Below are positions 57,150 through 64,000 of a stretch of DNA of 64,000 bases, piece by piece. The translations under genes were made by a program, and so were the position numbers. Origin of the DNA: an uncultured Planctomycetales bacterium. Lineage in GTDB: Bacteria; Omnitrophota; Gorgyraeia; Zapsychrales; JAHFFX01. Positions within the stretch are counted from its first letter, which is position 1. Each line of letters begins with the position of its first letter. Under the pieces are notes generated by a model, which made no database searches, was not told the origin of the DNA, and was given only the letters and a program-made list of their open reading frames with translations. The stretch lies in the NCBI GenBank assembly GCA_964372915.1, contig CAYJRN010000004.1, positions 55,516 to 119,515 on the forward strand, in the 5' to 3' direction.

Positions 57150-58163
57150 ATGCTGGAAGAAACCAAAAAACTTTTTTTAAATCAGGAAACCGAAGAAGAC
57201 CAGGTCATCAGTCTTTCTCTGCGCCCGGCCAGCATCGATGACTTTATCGGACAGAAAGATTTGGTTTCGAATCTCAAGGTCTCCCTCGCTGCGGCCAAGA
57301 GCCGGCAAGAGCCTATCGAGCATATACTCTTTAGCGGCCCGCCGGGGCTGGGAAAGACCTCGTTGGCTTATATCGTCGCTCATGAGATGGGGGCGCGCAT
57401 TACCGTGACCTCGGGCCCGGCCATTTCCCGCGCCGGTGATTTGATCGGGATCTTGACCAATCTTGAAAAAGGCGATTGTCTATTTATCGATGAGATCCAT
57501 CGCTTGTCAAAAACGGTCGAAGAGTTTCTGTATCCGGCGATGGAAAGTTTTCAGATCGATTTTATCGTCGACAAAGGGCCGTACGCGAAAACCATCAGAT
57601 TTAATCTCAAACCTTTTACGCTCATCGGCGCCACGACTCGCAGCGGGCTGTTGGCCTCGCCTTTACGAGACCGCTTTGGCATTTTTCATCATTTGGATTT
57701 TTATTTGGTTCAGGAATTAAAAGAAGTCGTTCTCAAATCCTCCCGGAAATTAAACGTCCAGATCGAAGACGGGGCGGCGTTTGAAATTGCCCGCCGCGCC
57801 CGGGGGACCCCGCGCATCGCCAACCGCCTTTTGCGGCGGGTGCGAGATTTTGCCCAAGTAAGATCGGGGGGAAAGACGATCAATACGTCTATCGTCGAGG
57901 AGGCGATGGCCACGCTTGGCATCGATGAGGCAGGCCTCGATGAAACGGACCGGCGCTTGATCAAGGTCATCAAAGATATTTACAAGGGCGGCCCCGTTGG
58001 GGTGGAGGCCCTGGCCGCGACCTTGAATGAAGAAGTCGATACGATCGTGGACGTCGTCGAACCTTTTTTGCTTAAGATCGGATTTTTAAAGCGCACGGCC
58101 CGTGGTCGCGAACTCACGGACATTTCGCTCAACCATCTGTATTCATCATCCCACCCTAAATGA
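57150..58163 (+). CDS. ruvB: Holliday junction ATP-dependent DNA helicase RuvB
   Basis: LRPASIDDFIGQ…LFSGPPGLGKTSLA…FIDEIHRL. Confidence 0.9.
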   Translation: MLEETKKLFLNQETEEDQVISLSLRPASIDDFIGQKDLVSNLKVSLAAAKSRQEPIEHILFSGPPGLGKTSLAYIVAHEMGARITVTSGPAISRAGDLIGILTNLEKGDCLFIDEIHRLSKTVEEFLYPAMESFQIDFIVDKGPYAKTIRFNLKPFTLIGATTRSGLLASPLRDRFGIFHHLDFYLVQELKEVVLKSSRKLNVQIEDGAAFEIARRARGTPRIANRLLRRVRDFAQVRSGGKTINTSIVEEAMATLGIDEAGLDETDRRLIKVIKDIYKGGPVGVEALAATLNEEVDTIVDVVEPFLLKIGFLKRTARGRELTDISLNHLYSSSHPK

Positions 58164-58200
58164 CGTAGCACTTTTCATCTAAAAAAATATTTAGGAAAAA

Positions 58201-58485
58201 GTGCGTACGGAATTTACCCCAAAGCTGCGATGGATAAAAGCAGCGTGGGGCTACCATCAAAGAGGACACATGGGAGATATCGGTAAGACCTTGATGTTCG
58301 CCGGAGCCATTTTCATGGTCGTCGGACTCGCGCTCGTTTTCTTGGGAAAGTTGCCGGGCGTGGGGAAATTGCCCGGAGATATCTTCCTCAAACGCGAGAA
58401 CTTCTCCTTTTATTTTCCTTTGACCACGTGTCTTTTATTGAGCGCGTTTTTAAGTCTCATCCTGTTTTTTATGAACCGCAGGTAA
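58201..58485 (+). CDS. DUF2905-like small membrane protein
   Basis: …GKLPGDIFLKRENFSFYFP… motif I associate with the DUF2905 family; probable true start at M58270. Confidence 0.5.
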   Translation: MRTEFTPKLRWIKAAWGYHQRGHMGDIGKTLMFAGAIFMVVGLALVFLGKLPGVGKLPGDIFLKRENFSFYFPLTTCLLLSAFLSLILFFMNRR

Positions 58486-58488
58486 AAT

Positions 58489-59655
58489 ATGCAATCAGGA
58501 TTTAAACGCAGCCCGCTTATTCTTTGTCTTCTTGTCTTTTTCTCTTTTTCTGTTGGCGCAAGCCCCACGCAGTCCCCGCAACCCACGATTCGTGTGGCAG
58601 TCCTTGAAGGTGCCGTCCAGTTTGAGCTTTCCGTCCGCGGCAAATATGAAATCATTGATGTTCATTCGGGCGAGGTAGTTTTTAGCGGCGCTTATTTACA
58701 AAAGGCCCCGGTGTCTTTACAAGAGGACGCCATCCACATCGGCCACCTCAAATACACAGCCGATCGCTTGAGGGTCATTGCCAGGAAAGATGCCGCGATT
58801 TTTACCGACGGATGGCGTTTACGCGGAGACATCGAGATCCTAAGAACCAAGAACAAGAATTTCATAGTTATCAACCGCGTCGGCCTTGAGGATTACGTGA
58901 AAGGCGTTCTGTATAAAGAAATTTCCAACCGCTGGCCGCTCGCGGCCATCAAGGCGCAGGCCGTGGCCACAAGAACCTATGCCCTCTTTCGCATGGCAAA
59001 GAGTAAAGGCGCCGAGTACGATGTCACCAGCGACATCTATTCTCAGGTTTACGGCGGGCGTAATGCGGAAAAGTATCGCACGACGGTGGCCGCCAACCGC
59101 ACCGAAGGAGAGGTCCTCGCTTATAAAGGGGAAATCCTTCCGGCGTACTTTCATGCCACCTGCGGCGGATTTACCGAGGACGCCGACCAACTCTGGAAGC
59201 AGGACCTGCCTCCCTTAAAAGGAGTTTTTTGTCCCTGGTGCCGGACCTCGCCGCATTATTTCTGGCGAAAGAATTTTCGTTCCAAGGACATTCAGGCTCA
59301 GTTGAATCAACACGGCTATGAGCTGGGTCTCATTCAGAAAATTCAGCTGGTTGACCGCAACTTAAGCGGCCGCATCCGGAATCTTAAGATTATCGCCCGC
59401 GATGGGAAAGAAACCCTGATGGCGGGAAAAGATTTTAGGGAAATCATCGGCCCCAATCTCATCAGGAGCAACAATTATACGGTGGAAATGAAGGGATATT
59501 ACTTTGACCTCGTTGGAAAAGGCTGGGGGCATGGGGTAGGGATGTGCCAGTGGGGAGCGAGCGAAATGGCGCGCCTGGGCAAAAACTATAAGCAGATTTT
59601 GAGTTATTATTATCCGGGGGCGGATTTAGTGAACTTCTCGGAAGTGAAATTTTGA
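58489..59655 (+). CDS. SpoIID/LytB-domain protein (amidase enhancer-like)
   Basis: Signal peptide; …LEDYVKGVLYKEISNRWPLAAIKAQAVATRTYAL… SpoIID signature. Confidence 0.75.
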   Translation: MQSGFKRSPLILCLLVFFSFSVGASPTQSPQPTIRVAVLEGAVQFELSVRGKYEIIDVHSGEVVFSGAYLQKAPVSLQEDAIHIGHLKYTADRLRVIARKDAAIFTDGWRLRGDIEILRTKNKNFIVINRVGLEDYVKGVLYKEISNRWPLAAIKAQAVATRTYALFRMAKSKGAEYDVTSDIYSQVYGGRNAEKYRTTVAANRTEGEVLAYKGEILPAYFHATCGGFTEDADQLWKQDLPPLKGVFCPWCRTSPHYFWRKNFRSKDIQAQLNQHGYELGLIQKIQLVDRNLSGRIRNLKIIARDGKETLMAGKDFREIIGPNLIRSNNYTVEMKGYYFDLVGKGWGHGVGMCQWGASEMARLGKNYKQILSYYYPGADLVNFSEVKF

Positions 59656-59710
59656 TCTATTGAAGTCAACCCCAGCTCAATGAATGCAAGAGACCCAATA
59701 ATCCCATCCT

Positions 59711-60736
59711 ATGATCAGCCTCAAAGACTTCCACTACGACCTTCCCAAAGAATTGATCGCTCAAAGACCGCTTGAAGAGCGCGATCGCTGCCGGCTTATG
59801 GTTATTGACCGGCAAAAGTCCCGAATCACCCACGATGTTTTCGCGAATATCGGCCAATATCTTCCTCAAGGCAGCACGATTGTCCTTAATGACAGTAAAG
59901 TCATTCCCGCGCGGCTTTTGGGGAACCGCGCCACCGGCGGAACAGTGGAGGTGCTGCTTTTGAGGCGTTTGTCTGATGGATATTCGTATGAGTGTCTCAT
60001 CAAGCCTTTAGGGAGGCTGAAGCTTGAAGAAAAAATTATTTTTAATGGGAGCGCAGTATACGCAGAACTCAAGGATCATCAGAAAAAAATCGTTCGTTTT
60101 AACAAAAAGAATATTGGTTCCTTTTTGAATCGCATCGGACATATGCCGCTGCCGCCGTACATCAAGCGGACGGATGAGCCAAAGGACCGCGAATTTTATC
60201 AGACGGTGTACGCGAGGAAAGAGGGCTCGGTGGCGGCTCCGACCGCGGGGTTGCATTTCACGCCGGAGCTTTTAGAGCGTCTTCAAAAAGACGGTCACAG
60301 AATTGAGAAGGTGACGCTGCACGTCAATTACGCGACGTTTAAAATAGTCGAGGAAGAGGACATTACGAAACACCAAATGTATTTTGAGGATTACGCGGTC
60401 TCGGCGAAAACGATGAAAGCTCTGGGGCCCCGCCGACTGTCCCGCCTTGGCGGGACGGTGGGGCCCATCGTCGCCGTCGGCACCACCAGCTGCCGCGTCC
60501 TGGAGACGCTCGTACGCACGCAACAATCCCAAGGCAGCACCAACATCTTTATTTATCCGGGACTTAAATTTCAGAGAACGGACGTCCTCATCACCAATTT
60601 TCATCTGCCCAAAAGCACGCTGTTGATGCTTGTCTATGCCTTCGGCGGAACCGAGTTGATGAAGAGAGCGTATCAAGAGGCCATCGAACAAAGGTATCGG
60701 TTTTATAGTTACGGGGATGCGATGGTGATCCTTTAG
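59711..60736 (+). CDS. queA: S-adenosylmethionine:tRNA ribosyltransferase-isomerase
   Basis: MISLKDFHYDLPKELIAQRPLEERDRCRLMV… QueA N-terminus and length. Confidence 0.88.
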   Translation: MISLKDFHYDLPKELIAQRPLEERDRCRLMVIDRQKSRITHDVFANIGQYLPQGSTIVLNDSKVIPARLLGNRATGGTVEVLLLRRLSDGYSYECLIKPLGRLKLEEKIIFNGSAVYAELKDHQKKIVRFNKKNIGSFLNRIGHMPLPPYIKRTDEPKDREFYQTVYARKEGSVAAPTAGLHFTPELLERLQKDGHRIEKVTLHVNYATFKIVEEEDITKHQMYFEDYAVSAKTMKALGPRRLSRLGGTVGPIVAVGTTSCRVLETLVRTQQSQGSTNIFIYPGLKFQRTDVLITNFHLPKSTLLMLVYAFGGTELMKRAYQEAIEQRYRFYSYGDAMVIL

Positions 60737-60808
60737 TTGACTTTATCGCGGCAGGCCGGTATACTTAACGTAGATACAGAAGTATCTACAATGGAAGGGA
60801 GCAAAATT

Positions 60809-61093
60809 ATGAGTATAGCCATTAGCCTTTTGAAAGCCCCACACGTGGGTATCCGGGAGCTTAAGCAAGGGTTGTCTGATTTTCTTAAAAGAGATCAACC
60901 CCTCATCGTTACGGATCGGGGTGAGCCGACCAATGTCATTTTGCATTATGATGATTTTTTGGAACTTGTGGATATTATTGAAGAAATCAACGACCCGCGC
61001 ACAAGAAAACTTGTAGCCGAGGGACGCAGATTCATTAAAGAAGGTTCCTTAGGCATTCCAGTTTTTCCCGTCAAAGCCCTCAAACGCAAATGA
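60809..61093 (+). CDS. Phd/YefM-family type II antitoxin
   Basis: …VGIRELKQGLSDFLKRDQPLIVTDRGEPTNVILHYDDFLEL… matches the Phd/YefM pattern; strong RBS GGAAGGGAG; 4-nt overlap with the downstream toxin. Confidence 0.65.
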   Translation: MSIAISLLKAPHVGIRELKQGLSDFLKRDQPLIVTDRGEPTNVILHYDDFLELVDIIEEINDPRTRKLVAEGRRFIKEGSLGIPVFPVKALKRK

Positions 61094-61389
61094 AGTACGT
61101 CGCCAGGTTTCCTGCCGCCGCCATCGAGAGACACTTTCATAAAGCCTTGGAGGGTTTATCCCACGAAACCCATGAGAAAATCATGGAGGCCATTGCTTCT
61201 CTGCAAGATAATCCAAGACCTTTTGGCGCCAAACCGTTTACTCAGCTTAAACCTTCGGTGCATATTTATGATTATGTAGCACAATATCGGCTGCGCATCA
61301 GTGATTATCGTGTACTATATGATGTGGATGATCATAGAAAGATCGTCTGGATTCTTGCTTTAAGAAAGAGGAATGAAAAAACATATTAA
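61090..61389 (+). CDS. RelE/ParE-family type II toxin (mRNA interferase-like)
   Basis: 99 aa; …YRLRISDYRVLYDVDDHRKIVWILALRKR… RelE/StbE C-terminal signature. Confidence 0.7.
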   Translation: MKYVARFPAAAIERHFHKALEGLSHETHEKIMEAIASLQDNPRPFGAKPFTQLKPSVHIYDYVAQYRLRISDYRVLYDVDDHRKIVWILALRKRNEKTY

Positions 61390-61530
61390 ACCATCAAAAT
61401 TAACAAATAAGAGGGAAGATTTAAAAGAATTTGCCAAGCGCGCCCAAGAGCCAAGCATTTCTTTTGAAGAATTTCTAAAGAAACTTAAAGACGAAGGAAG
61501 AATATAGGGTAGGTGTATCAGGAGGTCGCA

Positions 61531-61794
61531 ATGCAGATTCATTGGAACAAAGACACCCAGGAGAAATTTAAAAAGATGATCGAGAAAATTCCGATTTTCC
61601 TGCGCGCTATCGCTGAGGACAAAGTCATGAAGAGAGCGGAAGGTCTCGCCACAAAAGACAATCGTTCGCAGGTGACCGAAAAAGACATGGTCGACGCCTT
61701 CTTTGCCGAAACCCCTTTCGGCTTTCATGGACCGATGAAGTGTGATATGGAAGAGATTGGGATTGATTATAAGAAGTATGGGTATGACAGTTGA
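61531..61794 (+). CDS. Small protein with PCP_red-like domain (hypothetical)
   Basis: W…EKFKKMIEKIPIFLRAIAEDKVMKRAE… resembles the ~45-aa PCP_red module found as standalone small proteins; RBS GGAGG 61521-61525. Confidence 0.4.
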   Translation: MQIHWNKDTQEKFKKMIEKIPIFLRAIAEDKVMKRAEGLATKDNRSQVTEKDMVDAFFAETPFGFHGPMKCDMEEIGIDYKKYGYDS

Positions 61795-61858
61795 GGATTA
61801 GAGGATTAAAAATCAAAGTTGACAAGCATACGCCAATGGCGCATACTGGTATCAGGAT

Positions 61859-62176
61859 ATGACCATCATTGAGACACCAATCTTTACTAAGAAAATCGTT
61901 GAGTATGTCTCGGATGAGGATTATCGAAGCCTGCAATTAACATTGATAGAACGTCCATCGGCCGGAAGCGTTATTCAAGGCACGGGCGGCTTGAGAAAAT
62001 ACCGTTGGGCCCATGAGGGGAAAGGCAAAAGCGGCGGGTTGCGAATCATCTATTTCTGGGACCCCAAGCATGAAGCAATTTACATGTTGCTGCCTTTCCG
62101 TAAGTCTGAAAAGAAAGATTTGACATCGGAGCAAAAGAAAATTCTCAAAAACGTGATAAAGGAGTATTTGACATGA
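61859..62176 (+). CDS. higB: HigB-like toxin (Gp49/COG4679-type RelE superfamily)
   Basis: …GGLRKYRWAHEGKGKSGGLRIIYFWDPKHEAIYMLLPFRKSEKKDLTSEQKKILKNVIKEY… matches the phage Gp49-like toxin family; toxin-first order with an overlapping HTH gene. Confidence 0.7.
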   Translation: MTIIETPIFTKKIVEYVSDEDYRSLQLTLIERPSAGSVIQGTGGLRKYRWAHEGKGKSGGLRIIYFWDPKHEAIYMLLPFRKSEKKDLTSEQKKILKNVIKEYLT

Positions 62177-62463
62177 AAAATCAGGAATTCAATGAGTTGG
62201 TTCAAAGCATACGCCAGGCCGGAGAGATCCAGAAAGGCAAACTTAAGGCCGGGCGGGTCTTCAAATTTCATCCTTTAGTGGTTAAACAGATCCGACAAAA
62301 ACTGCATCAATCGCAGAAGGATTTCGCGGAGATGATCGGGGTCAATCTTGCCACTCTGCAGAATTGGGAGCAGGGGCGTCGCCATCCGGAAGGGCCTGCC
62401 TTGACGCTGCTTAAAGTCGTCTCTAAAAATCCTCGCGCTGTTCTCAAAGCACTCCACGCGTAG
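62173..62463 (+). CDS. higA: HigA-like XRE-family HTH antitoxin
   Basis: …QKDFAEMIGVNLATLQNWEQGRRHPEGPALTLLKVV… HTH and C-terminal motif of COG5606-type HigA partners. Confidence 0.7.
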   Translation: MKNQEFNELVQSIRQAGEIQKGKLKAGRVFKFHPLVVKQIRQKLHQSQKDFAEMIGVNLATLQNWEQGRRHPEGPALTLLKVVSKNPRAVLKALHA

Positions 62464-62735
62464 ATTAAAATGATGGTCATTATTGAATGCATGGATGAAA
62501 TGATTCGGATTCGGGAAATAGTTTCCAATCTCAAGAGGAAAACTGTTTCATACCTGCTTTCCTTGATATGTTTTTAAAGATGAAGCAGGTACGTACCATC
62601 TTCCTTCTGGATAAAGTTTGCTGTGGAAAAGATGGTACGAAGTCAAAGGGGAAAGCGGGATTTACACTACAATTGTCGCCGGCCGGCAAGAATCTTGAAT
62701 TTCGATGGTGCGTGTCCACGGAATTCCAAAGAACG

Positions 62736-64000
62736 ATGAGCCAATTGTCGATGATGAATCAAAACTTCAAACTTTTCAAGAACGATCCATTCACTCGTGC
62801 CCGTCGTGGCGTCCTTACGACTCCTCACGGCACGATCCAAACGCCGTTTTTTATGCCGGTCGGTACCAACGGCACCGTGAAGACGCTGTCTTCCGAAGAC
62901 CTGCATGAAATGAATTCGCAGATCGTGCTGTCGAACACCTATCATTTGTTCATTCGTCCCGGAACGGATGTCATCAAAAACGCCGGAGGCTTGCACAAGT
63001 TTATGAATTGGGACAAGCCGATCTTGACCGACTCGGGTGGATATCAAGTATTCAGTCTTGCGCAATTACGCAAGCTCACCGATCAAGGCGTTGAGTTTCA
63101 ATCTCACTTCGACGGTAAAACGCATTTCTTAACCCCGGAAGATGTGATTTCTATTCAGCGTATTCTTGGTTCGGATATCATGATGCCGCTCGATGAATGC
63201 GCGCCTTTCCCATGCGAGCGCGACCATGCGCTTGAAGCTTTGGAACGAACGACGCGGTGGGCAAAACGGTCGAAGGAATTCTATTTTAGCGATTCCGACT
63301 GGCCTCTCGCCGGAACGCTTGCCCCGCCCCAGCGAGGCGGGGCTACGCTCGACGCTCGGACTCGCTCTCCCCGCCTTGCGGCGGGGAACCATGCCCGCTC
63401 GTCCTCACGACGTCCGGCTCAAGGCCAGTCGGAATCGCCGTCAGATCAATATCGTCAATTTTTGTTCGGCATCATCCAAGGCGCGGCGTTCAAGGATTTG
63501 CGCGAGCGCTCCGCCCGTGAAATCATCGACATAGGTTTTGATGGTTATGCCGTCGGCGGCGTGAGTGTGGGCGAGCCCGTGGACTTGATGTTCGAGACGC
63601 TCGAGTGGGTTGAACCGCTTTTACCGGAAGATCATCCGCGGTATTTTATGGGTATTGGTTATCCGGATCAGATCGTGCGCGCGGTGGGGATGGGGATGGA
63701 CATGTTCGACACCGTGATCCCGACGCGCTTTGGCCGTAACGGCAGCGCGTTCACGGACCGAGGCCGCTTGGCCATGCGCAATGCCGAGTACACCAGCGAC
63801 ACGCGGCCTTTGGATGAAAACTGCGCGTGTATTGTCTGCCGAAAATATTCCAGAAGTTATATCCGCCACCTTTTAAACGCCGGAGAAATCTTAGGCCTTA
63901 AACTGCTTGCGTATCACAACGTTACCTTCTATATTCATCTTATGGAACGGATGCGCGGAACAATCGAAGCGGGGACGTTCAAACAGTTTCACGATAATTT
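62736..64000 (+). CDS. tgt: Queuine tRNA-ribosyltransferase (3' end outside window), carrying a ~50-aa in-frame low-complexity insertion
   Basis: …ARRGVLTTPHGTIQTPFFMPVGTNGTVK…PILTDSGGYQVFSL…GFDGYAVGG…CxCxxC…H zinc site; open to the window edge (absent from the ORF track because no in-window stop); start 62736 or 62751. Confidence 0.88.
   Translation, partial: MSQLSMMNQNFKLFKNDPFTRARRGVLTTPHGTIQTPFFMPVGTNGTVKTLSSEDLHEMNSQIVLSNTYHLFIRPGTDVIKNAGGLHKFMNWDKPILTDSGGYQVFSLAQLRKLTDQGVEFQSHFDGKTHFLTPEDVISIQRILGSDIMMPLDECAPFPCERDHALEALERTTRWAKRSKEFYFSDSDWPLAGTLAPPQRGGATLDARTRSPRLAAGNHARSSSRRPAQGQSESPSDQYRQFLFGIIQGAAFKDLRERSAREIIDIGFDGYAVGGVSVGEPVDLMFETLEWVEPLLPEDHPRYFMGIGYPDQIVRAVGMGMDMFDTVIPTRFGRNGSAFTDRGRLAMRNAEYTSDTRPLDENCACIVCRKYSRSYIRHLLNAGEILGLKLLAYHNVTFYIHLMERMRGTIEAGTFKQFHDN
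63290..63450. repeat. GC-rich palindromic element inserted in-frame within tgt
   Basis: ~70% GC versus ~50% flanks; hairpins gccccgcc-ccagcga-ggcggggc and ccccgcc-ttgc-ggcgggg; contains cgactcgctc, also present in repeats A/B; lengthens the WAKRS…GIIQG spacing by ~50 residues. Confidence 0.55.

Noticed and set aside
61373-61507. 44-aa ORF (MKKHIKPSKLTNKREDLKEFAKRAQEPSISFEEFLKKLKDEGRI) overlapping the relE stop
   Set aside because: Too short to assess and the RBS spacing is poor. Kept only as a note inside the TA-island finding.
62580-62735. Upstream in-frame ATG extending tgt by 52 codons
   Set aside because: The extension has no similarity to Tgt N-termini; the conserved N-terminus (M-NQNFKLF…ARRG) begins at 62736/62751.
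63129-63534. ORFs 63129..63392 (-) and 63193..63534 (+) inside tgt
   Set aside because: Alternative frames through the GC-rich insertion; the tgt frame is continuous and homologous across this region.
1-64000. rRNA, tmRNA, RNase P RNA, riboswitches (SAM upstream of metK, T-box upstream of leuA/trpS/proS)
   Set aside because: Intergenic spaces upstream of these genes are too short (for example 38 bp before metK) or lack the conserved cores I can recognise by eye. An Rfam/Infernal scan would be needed to exclude them formally.

Overview
The window is a gene-dense stretch (~50% GC) from a Gram-negative-type bacterium whose lineage I cannot assign from sequence alone. Every gene I can support lies on the + strand.

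Gene content, start to end:
- frr 3' end, then a tRNA-Lys / tRNA-Leu / tRNA-Gly cluster.
- A regulatory nitrogen-PTS block: ptsN, a YvcK-like gene, ptsH, ptsI.
- An NDP-sugar nucleotidyltransferase, metK, ahcY.
- ilvC, a methyltransferase, leuA, aroE.
- Prepilin peptidase, aroK, dprA, topA, a Xer recombinase.
- A large LPS inner-core and lipid A block: waaA, lpxK, an LpxL-ELM1 fusion, a GT4-GT9 fusion, a GT4, three GT9 heptosyltransferases, hldE kinase, kdsB, kdsA, kdsD, a parDE-like pair, kdsC, lptC/A, lptB.
- A PPIase-less tig, clpP, serC, serA, two hypotheticals, purA.
- An OmpA-like lipoprotein and a coiled-coil protein.
- uppS, cdsA, dxr, rseP, an orphan CpaF-like ATPase, proS, rimP, nusA, infB, trpS, scpA, ruvB, a DUF2905 protein, a SpoIID-like protein.
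- queA, a small toxin-antitoxin island, then tgt running off the 3' edge.

The most unusual content is a set of genome-specific repeat families:
- Element E: a hairpin-plus-leader cassette copied immediately upstream of ptsN, kdsA and tig.
- Element A/B: a GC-rich element upstream of ptsH and ilvC that also seeds spurious antisense ORFs.
- Element C: a ~105 bp MITE-like element present as an inverted pair after aroE and before purA.
- tgt insertion: a ~150 bp GC-rich palindromic in-frame insertion inside tgt.

Other points worth attention are the TA island splitting queA and tgt, a parDE-like pair embedded in the kds/lpt operon, and several domain fusions or reductions in LPS and housekeeping genes. 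I found no rRNA and no CRISPR array.
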